From Actinomycetota bacterium (GTDB lineage Bacteria > Actinomycetota > UBA4738 > HRBIN12), in assembly GCA_035762085.1 (NCBI GenBank), contig DASTPT010000033.1:292-64291 (forward strand): a stretch of 64,000 bases of DNA. The letters are read 5' to 3'. How positions within the stretch are numbered: the first letter of the stretch is position 1; every line of letters starts with the position of its first letter. The position numbers were made by a program, and so were the translations under genes. The notes under the pieces were generated by a model. It did no database searches and had not been told where the DNA came from. It saw nothing but the letters and a program-made list of their open reading frames with translations. Shown one piece after another: positions 1 through 9,866 of this stretch.

Positions 1-579
1 TCCACCAGATCGGCACCGTCCCGTTCCTCGACCCATGGGTGGCGGGCGGCGTCGGGGATGCCGTACCGGTCGTGGACGATCGGGAACACCGAGGAGTCGT
101 AGCGCAGCCCCTCCTCGAGCATGACGTCGAGCGCCCACAGCGTGTCCTTCACGACCGAGTACGTCGGCGCGCGGTACCCGAGGACGGCCTCGCCGGTCAA
201 GTCCTCGACGAGGCCCTTCGCTCGCCGCAGGTCCTCGCGGAACGCCTGGGGGGTCATCGCGGTGATCGGCCGGTGGTCGTACCCGTGGATCCCGACCTCG
301 TGCCCGGCGTCCAGGATGTCCCGCACCAGCTCGGGACGGCGCTCGGCCACCCAGCCGAGGACGAAGAACGTCCCCCGCACGTCGAACTCGTCGAGCAGCG
401 ACAGCAGTCGTCGGGTGTTCGGCTCCACGCGCTGCTCCATCGAGGCCCAGTCGTTGGGATCCACGACGCCGCGGAAGGCCTCGACGTGGAAGTAGTCCTC
501 GACGTCGACGCTGAACGCGCTGACGACGTCCGGACGTGGCTGGTCGCGGAGGTCGACGACCCCCTCGGGCATGCTCATG
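1..579 (-). CDS. Polysaccharide deacetylase family protein (N-terminal part; gene continues beyond window start). Motif FSVDVEDYFHVEAF is typical of the EPS/PEP-CTERM-locus deacetylase subfamily.
   Basis: Reverse-strand translation from ~579 reads MSMPEGVVDLRDQPRPDVVSAFSVDVEDYFHVEAFRGVVDPNDWASMEQRVEPNTRRLL...GIHGYDHRPITAM... The ORF track omits it because it runs off the window. Start could be either of two ATGs (MSMP). Confidence 0.7.
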
Positions 580-815
580 GTCACTCGACGATAGGGAGAG
601 GACCTCAACCACGCATGCGTGCGGCGACGTATCCCAGCTCACACGCCTGCATGAGGCCGCGGGGGGTCCGAGGGAACGCCCCAGGTCGCGGCCTCGTTCG
701 CGGCCGCGGAGGTCGTCGTATATGCGGGGCACGATTTCTACCCCAATCGCCAGATGTGTGAACGAGCACCCGAAGGGGAGACTGACTGAACACGTTTTCG
801 CGCGGCCCGCTCGAT

Positions 816-2231
816 ATGGCCGACGAACCCGCGCGACCGGCAGGGGGTACCGTGGCAGCGCTCCGAAAGCTCGAGATCGAGGTTCCAGCACGCGGTCGGG
901 TCTCTCCCCGGCCGCTGGTGCTCAGTCTCGTCCCGGCGCTGGATGCTGGTGCGCTCCTCGCCGCGGTGGTCGTGTCCGGTGGCGACCCGGTGTTCATCGC
1001 CGCCGCGGTGCTGACGTTCCTGGTGCTGAACGTGGACACCTCTCGGGCCTACCGGCTCGACCCGCGGGTCGGGCACGAGATGGGGTGGCTGCTCGGCCGC
1101 CTGGGGGTCCCCCTGCTCGTCCTGGTCTGGCTCGTGTCGGTCGACCTGGTCCCGTGGCTCGGCCCCGTTCGGGACCTCGACCGGCTGGTCGTTGCCGGCT
1201 CGCTCGGCGCCGCGGCGGTGCTCGTGGGCCGCGTCGTCGCCTACGCGATCAGCCGCTCGGCGAAGTCGCGCCGAATCATCTCGGAGCGGGCGCTCGTCGT
1301 CGGGACCGGGCCCGTCGGCGTCGAGATCGCGATGGCGCTCGAACGGCACCCCGAGTACGGTCTGGACCCGATCGGCTTCATCGACGGCCCGACCGCCGAG
1401 GACCTGCCGTACCCGCTCCTCGGCGGGCCGCACGACCTCGAGCGCGTGGTCGAGGAGTTCAACGTCCACCGGATCGTCGTCGCGTTCGGCCGGGGCAAGG
1501 ACCGCGACATGGCCACCCTGCTCCGGAGCCTGGAGACGCTCCGGATCGAGGTCCACATCGTGCCGCGGTTCTTCGAGCTCGGCTCGATCCCGCACGGCGC
1601 CGCGGACGACCTGCGCGGCCTCCCGCTCGTCCACCTGCGCCGACCCGCGTTCCGAGCGCTCCCGCGCGCGTCGAAGCGCGTGTTCGACGTCGCCGTCTCG
1701 CTGTTCCTCCTCCTCCTGCTCTCGCCGATCCTGATCGCGTCCGCCGTGGCCGTGAAGGCGACCAGCCCCGGGCCGGTCCTGTTCCGGCAGCTCCGGATCG
1801 GCAAGCGCGGCGAGCCGTTCGAGATGCTGAAGTTCCGCACGATGACCGTCGAAGAAGAGACCGAGCCGAGCTGGACGATCGAGCACCACCGGGTGACGAG
1901 GATCGGCAAGCTGCTCCGGCGCACCAGCCTCGACGAGCTCCCGCAGCTGTTCAACGTCCTCCGCGGCGACATGTCGCTGGTCGGCCCCCGGCCGGAGCAG
2001 CCGCACTTCGCCGAGGCCTTCGGCGCCTCGGTGCCGACCTACGCGGACCGGACCCGTGTCGAGGGCGGCATCACGGGGCTCGCGCAGGTGCACGGCCGCA
2101 GCCGGGACATCGACTCGATCCCCGAGCGCGCCCGCTTCGACAACTCGTACATCGAGAACCGGTCGCTCTGGGGCGACATCTTGATCCTGTTCCGGACGCT
2201 CGAGGTCGTCTTCCGCGGCGACCGGAGCTGA
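816..2231 (+). CDS. Exopolysaccharide polyprenyl-phosphate glycosyl-1-phosphate transferase (WbaP/bacterial sugar transferase family).
   Basis: 471-aa ORF. N-terminal TM segments, then C-terminal FDVAVSLFLLLLLSPILI...PGPVLFRQLRIGKRGEPFEMLKFRTM...DELPQLFNVLRGDMSLVGPRP, the canonical sugar-transferase signature. No RBS seen at the ATG, so the start is uncertain. Confidence 0.85.
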   Translation: MADEPARPAGGTVAALRKLEIEVPARGRVSPRPLVLSLVPALDAGALLAAVVVSGGDPVFIAAAVLTFLVLNVDTSRAYRLDPRVGHEMGWLLGRLGVPLLVLVWLVSVDLVPWLGPVRDLDRLVVAGSLGAAAVLVGRVVAYAISRSAKSRRIISERALVVGTGPVGVEIAMALERHPEYGLDPIGFIDGPTAEDLPYPLLGGPHDLERVVEEFNVHRIVVAFGRGKDRDMATLLRSLETLRIEVHIVPRFFELGSIPHGAADDLRGLPLVHLRRPAFRALPRASKRVFDVAVSLFLLLLLSPILIASAVAVKATSPGPVLFRQLRIGKRGEPFEMLKFRTMTVEEETEPSWTIEHHRVTRIGKLLRRTSLDELPQLFNVLRGDMSLVGPRPEQPHFAEAFGASVPTYADRTRVEGGITGLAQVHGRSRDIDSIPERARFDNSYIENRSLWGDILILFRTLEVVFRGDRS

Positions 2232-2250
2232 AGGCCCCGGGTCCCGGCTC

Positions 2251-3210
2251 CTAGCGCTCCGCCGCCGGCATCGCCGCCACCGCCCGGAATGCCGAGACCG
2301 TGCGCGTGAGTCCCTCGCGGAGCGGGACGACGGGCTCCCAGCCGAGCGCGGACCGCGCGAGCGAGATATCGGGGCGCCGTACCTCGGGGTCGTCGACGGG
2401 CCGCTGGGTGAAGACGATCTCGGAGCGGCTGCCGGCGGCCTCCCGCACGAGCTCGGCGAGCTCGAGGACCGTCACCTCGTTCGGGTTGCCCAGGTTGACC
2501 GGCCCCATGATGTCTGCCCCGAGGACCCGCCAGATGCCCTCGATCAGATCGTCGACGTAGCAGAGCGAGCGCGTCTGGCTCCCGTCGCCGTGGACCGTGA
2601 GCGGCTCGCCGCGGAGGGCCTGCGTCACGAAGTTCGGAACGGCCCGGCCGTCGTCCAGGCGCATCCGGGGGCCGTAGGTGTTGAAGATCCGGACGATCCG
2701 CACCGGCAAGCCTCGCGCCCGGTGGTAGGCCATCGTCGCGGCCTCGGCGTAGCGTTTCGCCTCGTCGTAGACGGACCTCGGGCCGATCGGGTTCACGTTG
2801 CCCCAGTACGACTCGGGCTGCGGGTGGACCTTCGGGTCCCCGTACACCTCGGACGTGGACGCGAGGAGCACGCCGGCGCCCTTCGCCTCGGCCAGGTCCA
2901 GGCAGTGGAACGTGCCGAGCGCGCCGACCCTCAGCGTCTCGATCGGGTGCTCGAGGTAGTCCGGCGGTGAGGCCGGCGAGGCGAGGTGGAGGACCCAGTC
3001 GACCGGTCCGTCCACCTGGAGCGGCTCGCTCACGTCCGCCTCGACGAACGCGAACCGCTCGTGCCCGCGGGCGTCCGCGAGGTTGTCCGAGGCGCCCGTC
3101 AGCAGGTTGTCGACGCACACGACGTCCCAGCCCTCGGCCAGGAGCCGGTCGCCGAGGTGCGAGCCGAGGAAGCCGGCGCCCCCGGCAATCACCGCGCGCG
3201 GGGTCGTCAC
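2251..3210 (-). CDS. uxs: UDP-glucuronate decarboxylase (UDP-xylose synthase), SDR/NAD-dependent epimerase-dehydratase family.
   Basis: 319 aa. [10 protein letters not shown] Rossmann motif, YxxxK region (YDEAKRYAE), and the overall UXS-like pattern. 4-bp overlap with the upstream ugd. Confidence 0.8.
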   Translation of the reverse strand: MTTPRAVIAGGAGFLGSHLGDRLLAEGWDVVCVDNLLTGASDNLADARGHERFAFVEADVSEPLQVDGPVDWVLHLASPASPPDYLEHPIETLRVGALGTFHCLDLAEAKGAGVLLASTSEVYGDPKVHPQPESYWGNVNPIGPRSVYDEAKRYAEAATMAYHRARGLPVRIVRIFNTYGPRMRLDDGRAVPNFVTQALRGEPLTVHGDGSQTRSLCYVDDLIEGIWRVLGADIMGPVNLGNPNEVTVLELAELVREAAGSRSEIVFTQRPVDDPEVRRPDISLARSALGWEPVVPLREGLTRTVSAFRAVAAMPAAER

Positions 3211-4580
3211 GTCTCCAGCGTGTCCGGCGTGCGGGCGACCGGTCGCCCGTCACCGTTCGGCTCGGCCCGCGTCGGGTGCACCGGCGGCCGGCCCATCGCA
3301 TAGTACGTGAACCCGGCGGCAGCCGCCGCGTCGGCGTCGAGCGCGTTCCGCCCGTCGACGATGACCGGGTAGGCCATCAGGTCCCGGAGCCGGCCGAGGT
3401 CCAGGTCGCCGAACTCGGGCCACTCGGTCGCGACGACCAGGCAGTGGGCGTCCGTCGCGGCCTCGTAGAGATCGCTCGCGATCTGCAGCTGGGGCAGCTC
3501 CTGCTTCGCGCTCGCGGCCGCCTGCGGGTCGAACCCGACGACCTGTGCGCCGTCGTCCAGCAGCCGCCGGGCCAGCGCGAGCGCGGGGGAGAAGCGGACG
3601 TCGTCGGTCCCGGGCTTGAAGGCCAGCCCGAGGACCGCCACGCGCTTGTTCTCCAGGTTCCACAGGGCCTCCTCGACGCGCGCGCTCGCCGCCGCGACGG
3701 CCTCGTCGTTCAGCCGCGCCACCTCGCGCATCAGCGGGAACTCGTACCCGAGGCGCGCCGAGAGCCGCTCGAGCGCCATGACGTCCTTCGGGAAGCAGTA
3801 GCCGCCGTAGCCGAGCCCCGCGTTCAGGAACGCCCGCCCGATCCTGGGGTCGGCGCCCATCACGTCGGCCACGGCGGTCACGTCGGCCCCGGCGCGCTCG
3901 CAGATCCGCGCGAGCGCGTTCGCGAACGAGATCTTGAGCGACAGGAAGGCGTTGCTCGCGTGCTTCGCGAGCTCGGCCGTGGCGATGTCGGTCTCCATCA
4001 GCCGGTGGCCGCGGTCGGTCAGCGGTCGGTACACGCGACGCAGGACGTCTCGGGCGTGATCGGACTCGACGCCGATCACGATCCGGTCCGGCTCGAGCGC
4101 GTCCTGGAGCGCGGTCCCCTCGCGGAGGAACTCGGGGTTCGAGGCGACGTCGAACAGGAACCCCGGCCGCTCGCGGCCGAGCGTGATGCGGACGCGCTCC
4201 GCCGTGCCCGCCGGGACCGTCGACTTCTCCACGACCACCACGCCGTCGGGCGCGTATCGAGCGATCGCCCGCGCGGAGCCCTCCATCGCCACGAGGTTCG
4301 CCTCGCCGTTCGCTCGCGCGGGTGTTCCGACGCAGACGAAGACCACCTCGGCCTCCTTCAGGGCCTCCGACGCGTCGATCGTGAACATGAGCCTTCCGGC
4401 GGCCTGCTCTCGACGGAGCGCCTCTTCGAGGCCATCCTCGAAGAACGGCGAGATGCCTCCCGTGAGCTGCGAGATCTTCTCCTCATCGATGTCGGTTCCG
4501 ACGACGTCGTGACCCAAGCTGGCGAAGGCCACGCCCGTGACGAGCCCGACGTGTCCGGTTCCCATGACGGTGATCTTCAT
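3207..4580 (-). CDS. ugd: UDP-glucose 6-dehydrogenase.
   Basis: Internal start [14 protein letters not shown] (Rossmann), preceded by [17 protein letters not shown] and C-terminal UDPG-dehydrogenase motifs. The 476-aa track ORF was trimmed to the ATG at 4580. Confidence 0.88.
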   Translation of the reverse strand: MKITVMGTGHVGLVTGVAFASLGHDVVGTDIDEEKISQLTGGISPFFEDGLEEALRREQAAGRLMFTIDASEALKEAEVVFVCVGTPARANGEANLVAMEGSARAIARYAPDGVVVVEKSTVPAGTAERVRITLGRERPGFLFDVASNPEFLREGTALQDALEPDRIVIGVESDHARDVLRRVYRPLTDRGHRLMETDIATAELAKHASNAFLSLKISFANALARICERAGADVTAVADVMGADPRIGRAFLNAGLGYGGYCFPKDVMALERLSARLGYEFPLMREVARLNDEAVAAASARVEEALWNLENKRVAVLGLAFKPGTDDVRFSPALALARRLLDDGAQVVGFDPQAAASAKQELPQLQIASDLYEAATDAHCLVVATEWPEFGDLDLGRLRDLMAYPVIVDGRNALDADAAAAAGFTYYAMGRPPVHPTRAEPNGDGRPVARTPDTLET

Positions 4581-4647
4581 GTCGTTCCTCGCTCTCGCGG
4601 CGGCGGCTCTGAGCACCCGGAATCGGTCGACGATCATGCGGGTGTCC

Positions 4648-4675
4648 GATCCGCGCAGGGGAACCTGCGCGGATC
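4648..4675. promoter_or_regulatory. Perfect 12-bp inverted repeat GATCCGCGCAGG-ggaa-CCTGCGCGGATC in the divergent intergenic region between ugd and the first secreted paralog; candidate operator or RNA hairpin.
   Basis: Read directly from the sequence (coordinates +/-1). Confidence 0.4.
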
Positions 4676-4938
4676 ACCCCACGAGGCTACCGGGAAGCCG
4701 CCGGACGCGCCGACCCACGAGCGTCGTAGCGACGATACCGCCGACACCGTAGCCCGTGGGGTGCCATCCGGCGGCCGGCGGTGGGCACCCCGCGCACACG
4801 CGACGCGCGGATCGCAGGTCCGTGCGGTACGCGTCGTACGGCGGACGCCCGATGGCGGTGCCTCGCGCACACGGTACGGTGCGGGAGGCGTGCGCCCGCG
4901 CGTGCGCGTAAGCCTGACTCGACATCGGATCCGGGAGG

Positions 4939-6918
4939 GTGATCATGACGGACGGGGGACCTATCGGCGCTTCCACGGAACCCACCAGGCGGAGGCGTCG
5001 GAGGGGCCCTGTCCGGAGCGGGCTCGGCGCCGTCCTGCTGTCAGCGCTCCTCGTCGCCTCGCCCGTCACGGCCGGGGTGGCGGTCGGCGAGACCTCCGGA
5101 ACGTCCCGTGAGGACCCGAGCCGCACCGCCGTGCGGTCCCCATCGGACCGAGGTCGAACCGACGGGAGCGTGGCGACGACGCGATCCGAGCGCCGACAGC
5201 AGCGCAGGCTCGAGCGACGGGTCGCCCGGGAACTGCTCGCCGCCGCGGCGGCGGCCGTCCCGACCGAGACCGCCACGCTCGTTCGGGCCGTCGACACCTC
5301 CAAGTGGAACCCAGCGAGCCCCGACCCGTCCGGGGTGACCTACCGCCCATCGAGGGACCGCCTCATCGTCGTCGACTCGGAGGTGGACGAGCAGACCGGC
5401 GCGGGCTATCACGGGGTCAATCTCTGGGAGGTCACGCGCGCCGGCGTCGTCACGGACACGGGTACGACCCTGCCCTACACCAACGAGCCAACGGGGGTGG
5501 GGTTCGACCCCGCGACGGAGACGCTGTTCGTCTCCACCGACGTCGGGAACAAGATCTTCGTCGTCCGGGCCGGACCGGACGGTCGCTTCGGCACGTCCGA
5601 CGACACCCGGACCACGATCGACACGAAGGCGTACGGGCTCGGCGACACCGAGGACCCCGCGTACGACCCGGTGAGCGGCCATCTGTTCTTCGTGAACGGG
5701 ACGACGGCAGACGTGTACGACCTCGACCCCGTGAACGGGGTGTTCGGCGACGGCGACGACCGCATCAGCCATTTCGACGTGACGCAGTACGGGGCGCGCG
5801 ACACGGAGGGCCTCGCGTTGGATCCCGAGCGCGGCACGCTCTTGGTCGGCGATCGCCCCTCGGACAAGATCTTCGAGGTCACGAAGGCGGGAGCCCTGCT
5901 GCGCATCATCAACGTCGGCGGCATCGCCGGACTGCGCAGGATCTCGGGGCTCGGGGTCGCGCCGGCCACCGTCGGATCGGGGCTGCACTACTGGATCGTC
6001 GACCGTGCGGTCGACAACGGGCCGGATCCGAGGGAGAACGACGGCATGATGTTCGAGATCTCCGTGAGCGGCGGAGGCACGCCCGCGAACACACCGCCGA
6101 CGGTAAACGCCGGCCCGGACCAGACGGTGACGCTCCCGAGTCCCGCCACCCTGCAGGGGACCGTGAGCGACGACGGGCTGCCGGATCCGCCCGGGGCGAC
6201 GACGAGCGCGTGGTCGAAGGTGAGCGGGCCGGGGACCGTGGTCTTCGCCAACGCGTCCTCCGCGTCGACGAGCGCCACGTTCTCGACCGACGGCACGTAC
6301 GTGCTCCGGCTGACCGCCGACGACTCGGCCGCCCAGACCTCGGATCAGACGACGGTGACCGTCTTGCCCGAGGGCGGCGGCGGCCCCGGCGGCGTGATCG
6401 AAGTGCCCGTCTCGGTGGGAGCGGACGACGCCGAGGAGACGGCGGCGGGTCGGGTGCGGCCGGCGAGCTCCGACCTCGAGCTGGTTCAGGAGTCCACGAT
6501 CCAGACGGTCGGCCTGCGTTTCGACGGCGTGCCGATCCCGATCGGCGCGACCGTCACGAACGCCTACGTCCAGTTCCGCTCGGACGAGGTCGGGAGCGTC
6601 GCGACGTCCCTGGTCATCAGCGGCGAGGCGGCCGACGATGCGGCCCCGATCGTGAAGACCCTCCGGAACATCTCATCGCGGCAGCGGACCGCCTCGGCCG
6701 TCGGCTGGGAGCCTCCGCCGTGGCTCCAGAGGAATCTGGCCGGCGCCGATCAGCGGACGCCGAACCTCGCCGCGGTGATCCAGGAGATCGTGAGCCGAAC
6801 GGGCTGGACGTCGGGGAACGCCGTGGTCCTGATCGTCGAGGGGTCTGGCAAGCGAACGGCGGACTCGTTCGAAGGCTCGTGGGCACCGATCCTCCACGTC
6901 GAGTATCAGACCGGCTGA
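4939..6918 (+). CDS. Secreted multidomain protein: Arg-rich (Tat-like) signal peptide, phytase-like/SdiA-regulated-type beta-propeller, PKD-like Ig domain, and an unassigned ~170-aa C-terminal jelly-roll-like domain.
   Basis: 659 aa. N-terminus TRRRRRRGPVRSGLGAVLLSALLVASPVTAG. Repeated D(P/T)EG(I/L)A blade motifs (DTEGLALDPERGTLLVGD; YWIVDRAVDNGPDPRENDGMMFEISV). PKD-like block NAGPDQTVTLPSPATLQGTVSDDGLPDP...GTYVLRLTADD. Paralogous to the next two genes. Confidence 0.7.
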   Translation: MIMTDGGPIGASTEPTRRRRRRGPVRSGLGAVLLSALLVASPVTAGVAVGETSGTSREDPSRTAVRSPSDRGRTDGSVATTRSERRQQRRLERRVARELLAAAAAAVPTETATLVRAVDTSKWNPASPDPSGVTYRPSRDRLIVVDSEVDEQTGAGYHGVNLWEVTRAGVVTDTGTTLPYTNEPTGVGFDPATETLFVSTDVGNKIFVVRAGPDGRFGTSDDTRTTIDTKAYGLGDTEDPAYDPVSGHLFFVNGTTADVYDLDPVNGVFGDGDDRISHFDVTQYGARDTEGLALDPERGTLLVGDRPSDKIFEVTKAGALLRIINVGGIAGLRRISGLGVAPATVGSGLHYWIVDRAVDNGPDPRENDGMMFEISVSGGGTPANTPPTVNAGPDQTVTLPSPATLQGTVSDDGLPDPPGATTSAWSKVSGPGTVVFANASSASTSATFSTDGTYVLRLTADDSAAQTSDQTTVTVLPEGGGGPGGVIEVPVSVGADDAEETAAGRVRPASSDLELVQESTIQTVGLRFDGVPIPIGATVTNAYVQFRSDEVGSVATSLVISGEAADDAAPIVKTLRNISSRQRTASAVGWEPPPWLQRNLAGADQRTPNLAAVIQEIVSRTGWTSGNAVVLIVEGSGKRTADSFEGSWAPILHVEYQTG

Positions 6919-6934
6919 CCCTGCCGCGGCGGGG

Positions 6935-7843
6935 TTAGAACGAGATCTCGACCAGGATCCCGTCGTTCTCGTCGGGGTCGGCGGAGTTGTCCACGCGTCG
7001 GTCGACGATGTACAGGTGCTTGGCGTTCGAGTCGCTCGCCTTCCCCCAGGCGAGTCCTGCGGGGGAGTGCAGCTCGAGCGGGTCCCCGTTCTGCGTCACC
7101 TCGATCGTCTGGACGAGCGCACCCCTGATCGTGGTCTCCGTCACGTGCCAGTTCTGACGGTTGCTCACGATGAACAGCGTGTCGCTCGAGGGCCGGTACT
7201 CGATCCCCTCGGGATTCGGTTGGTTCAGGGCCGGCGTGTCCGTGTTGAAGCTCCTGACCCGGTCGTCGCCCTTCGGGCCCACACCGTCGAAGATGCCGTT
7301 GCGCCCCGGGCTCAACCGGAAGACCTTGGCGTCGGTCCCCTCGGAGATGAACAGGAAGCCGCCACCGAGGGCGACTCCCTCGGGGTCATTGCATCCGAAA
7401 CGCCTCGTGCCGAACGACCTGACCTTGTCGTCCCGCGTCCCGAACCTGCGGTCCTTCCCGGGGCGGACGAAGAAGATCTTGTCGATGTCGTCGTCGGAGA
7501 AGATCAGCTGCTTCTTCGTCGCGTCGAGGCCCGCGGGCTCCTTCGAGAACCTGGTCGTGGCGAACGTCTTGAGCAGCTCGCCCGTCCTCGAGACGATGAA
7601 GACGTTCTTCTTCTTCCACACCTTCGTCTCCTCGACCTCCGCGTCGGAGACGTAGATCTTGCCGCCGCGGAGCGCCACGCCGGAGGGGTCGGGGCTCGGC
7701 GGGTTGAACGCAGACGTTTCGATGACCTGGACGATGTCGGCCTGGACGGCGACGCCGGCAGATGCCGGACCAGCGGCCACGGCGGCGATGAACGGAACGG
7801 CCACCGCGACGATGAGCATGAGGTGGAGCGGGCGTGTGGGCAT
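6935..7843 (-). CDS. Secreted phytase-like/SdiA-regulated-type beta-propeller protein (paralog 2).
   Basis: 302 aa. Clear signal peptide MPTRPLHLMLIVAVAVPFIAAVAAGPASAGVAVQA. Motifs FNPPSPDPSGV, DPEGVALGGGFLFISEG, DPEGIEYRPSSDTLFIVSN, YIVDRRVDNSADPDENDGILVEISF shared with the paralogs. Confidence 0.75.
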   Translation of the reverse strand: MPTRPLHLMLIVAVAVPFIAAVAAGPASAGVAVQADIVQVIETSAFNPPSPDPSGVALRGGKIYVSDAEVEETKVWKKKNVFIVSRTGELLKTFATTRFSKEPAGLDATKKQLIFSDDDIDKIFFVRPGKDRRFGTRDDKVRSFGTRRFGCNDPEGVALGGGFLFISEGTDAKVFRLSPGRNGIFDGVGPKGDDRVRSFNTDTPALNQPNPEGIEYRPSSDTLFIVSNRQNWHVTETTIRGALVQTIEVTQNGDPLELHSPAGLAWGKASDSNAKHLYIVDRRVDNSADPDENDGILVEISF

Positions 7844-7911
7844 GTCGGCAGTCTACAAAATGCTCGTCGCGAGGCCTTCCTGGAGCGCGGATCGGCGGCC
7901 GCAGGCCGCGG

Positions 7912-8805
7912 CTAGAGCGCGACCTCGAAGACTCTGCCGTCGTTCTCGTCGGGGTCGGCCGCGTTGTCGACCCCGCGATCCGCGATCCAAAGGTGCTTCA
8001 CGTTCGGGCCGGTGCTTCCCGGTGCCCACGCCAGGCCGGCGGGGGAGTGGAGGCCGAACCCCGCGGTGTCGTACGTCGCGACGAGCCTGCCCCTGATCGT
8101 CACCTCGGTGATGTCGGAGTTCCGGCGGTTGCTCACCAGGAACACGGTGCCGCTTGAGGGGCGGTACTCGATCCCCTCCGGGTCCGGCTGGCCGAGGGTC
8201 TTCGTGTCGGATCGGCGGACGCGGTCATCGCCCGCCGGGGCGACCCCGTCGAAGATCCCGTTGGGGCCCGGCTTCAGCCGGAAGACCTCGGCCTTCGCCC
8301 CGTCCGCGATGAACAGGAACCCGCCGCCGAGCGCGATGCCTTCCGGGTCGCGCGAACCGAACGGCCGGGTCGCGAAGGACCGGACCTTGTCGTCCCTCGT
8401 ACCCCACTTGTGGTCCTTGCCCTTGCGGACGAAGAAGATCCGATCCCTGTCGTCGTCGGACACGATCAGCGTCTTCTTCCTCACCTCGAGGCCGGTGGGC
8501 TCGATCGAGAACCTCGTGGTCTTGAATGTGCTCAGGAGGTCGCCGTCGGGCCCGAACCTGAAGACGGTCTTGCCCTGGAACCACGGCGTCTCGTCCACCT
8601 CACAGTCGGACATCAGGAGCCTCCCGCCGCGCAGGACCGCCATGCCGGCGGGGTCGGGGCTCGGAGGCGAGAACGATGAGGTGTCGATGATCTGGATCAG
8701 CGTGGGTGCCTCGGGGACGCCGCCAGAGGCGGTTGGAAGGCCCCCGGCCACCATCCACGTCGTGGCCACCGTGAGGGCGAGCGCGCGGGCGATCGGGACA
8801 CGCAC
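7912..8805 (-). CDS. Secreted phytase-like/SdiA-regulated-type beta-propeller protein (paralog 3). Start uncertain: a GTG giving signal peptide VRVPIARALALTVATTWMVAGGLPTASGG (8805) versus an internal ATG at 8754.
   Basis: Motifs FSPPSPDPAGM, DPEGIALGGGFLFIADG, DPEGIEYRPSSGTVFLVSN, LWIADRGVDNAADPDENDGRVFEVAL. The track ORF extends to 9027 but the upstream part shows no signal peptide. Confidence 0.65.
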   Translation of the reverse strand: MRVPIARALALTVATTWMVAGGLPTASGGVPEAPTLIQIIDTSSFSPPSPDPAGMAVLRGGRLLMSDCEVDETPWFQGKTVFRFGPDGDLLSTFKTTRFSIEPTGLEVRKKTLIVSDDDRDRIFFVRKGKDHKWGTRDDKVRSFATRPFGSRDPEGIALGGGFLFIADGAKAEVFRLKPGPNGIFDGVAPAGDDRVRRSDTKTLGQPDPEGIEYRPSSGTVFLVSNRRNSDITEVTIRGRLVATYDTAGFGLHSPAGLAWAPGSTGPNVKHLWIADRGVDNAADPDENDGRVFEVAL

Positions 8806-8877
8806 GGCGAGCCGGAGTCTACACGCGTTGGTACCCGAGGCCGCCTCTACGATGACGGCGCGAAGAGGGGAGGTCGG

Positions 8878-9799
8878 GATGCAGCGGTCCGGACACGGCC
8901 CGACGATCGGCAGCGATCGGCGCTCGCGCCTTGCCCCGCACGTGTGGGCGGATGTGGTCGGTATCGCGCTGCTCCTCGCGCTGTGCGCCGTGACGCTGGC
9001 CGCGTCGAGGGGCGACCGAAGCCGCATGCTGCTCCTGCTGCTCGGCGTCGCGACGGCCCTCGCGGCCGGTCGGGTGCTCGGGTCGGTGCATCGCGCCGTG
9101 GTCCCGGCGATCGTCGTCGTGGTGGCGCTCTCGGTGGCGATCGGGGCGGCGTCCTCGGCCGGTCGTGGGGCGCTCCTCGGGTACGACGCCGCCGTCGTGA
9201 CGCTCGCCCTGATCGGCGCGATCGCCGCCGCGATGCTCGCCGTCGGCTCGATCCGCTTCCGGTGGGCCGCCGCCGTTGCGCCCAGGTGGCCTCGCGCCGC
9301 GATCGCCGCGGCGGCGCTCGTCTTCGTCGCGGTGCTCGCGACGACGATCGCGCTCGGCGCGACCTACCGGGAGGAGCCCGAGGCCGTCCGCGTGATCCGA
9401 GAGGATCGGGTCGCGTTCTGGCACGCAGCGCTCGAGATCCTGTCGGAGCGTCCCGCAGGCGTCGGCCCCGGGCGGTTCGACGACGTGCCGCCTCGGTTCC
9501 TCCCCGAGGGCGACGTCCGCTGGGCCGACCACGATGTCTTACAGCAGGGCGCCGAGCTCGGCTGGGCCGGCCTGATCCTCACCGTGTTGCTGTTCCTGTG
9601 GGGGTTCGCGCGCCTTTGGCTCCACCCGGCGCCCGACGCGTACGTCGTCCTCGGGGCGGCGGCCCTCGTGGTCCTCGGGATCGCCGCGTCGACGACCCAC
9701 GTGCTCCACGCGCCCATCGTCCCGCTTGTGACGGCACCGCTCGTCGGCTCGGCGCAGTCGATCACGCGTCACCTCTGGCGCAATGCGGTCGTGCAGTGA
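8878..9799 (+). CDS. Short O-antigen-ligase-like (Wzy_C-type) polytopic membrane protein.
   Basis: ATG preceded by AGAGGGGAGG RBS. About 6 predicted TM helices plus the loop motif RVAFWHAALEILSERPAGVGPGRFDD...LQQGAELGWAGL. The upstream 300 aa of the track ORF are antisense to paralog 3 and were rejected. Confidence 0.55.
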
Positions 9800-9866
9800 C
9801 CCCGTTGGGATGGACTCTGAGCGGGGGGATGGGGCGGCCGAGCTGGCCGCCCCCGCTCCGCTTCGT

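Noticed and set aside
738-2093. 451-aa reverse-strand ORF overlapping the sugar-transferase gene (and similar long antisense ORFs such as 12881..14662, 15126..16700, 16648..18144, 18770..21769, 57786..60095, 60454..62379).
   Set aside because: In ~70% GC DNA, stop codons are rare in all frames. These ORFs are antisense to genes with clear homology and recognisable motifs, and their translations are Arg/Pro/Gly-rich low-complexity sequence without recognisable domains.
7964-8877. N-terminal 300 aa of the 611-aa plus-strand ORF leading into the Wzy-like gene.
   Set aside because: It is antisense to secreted paralog 3, which has strong family motifs. An internal ATG at 8878 with a GGGGAGG RBS gives the membrane protein.
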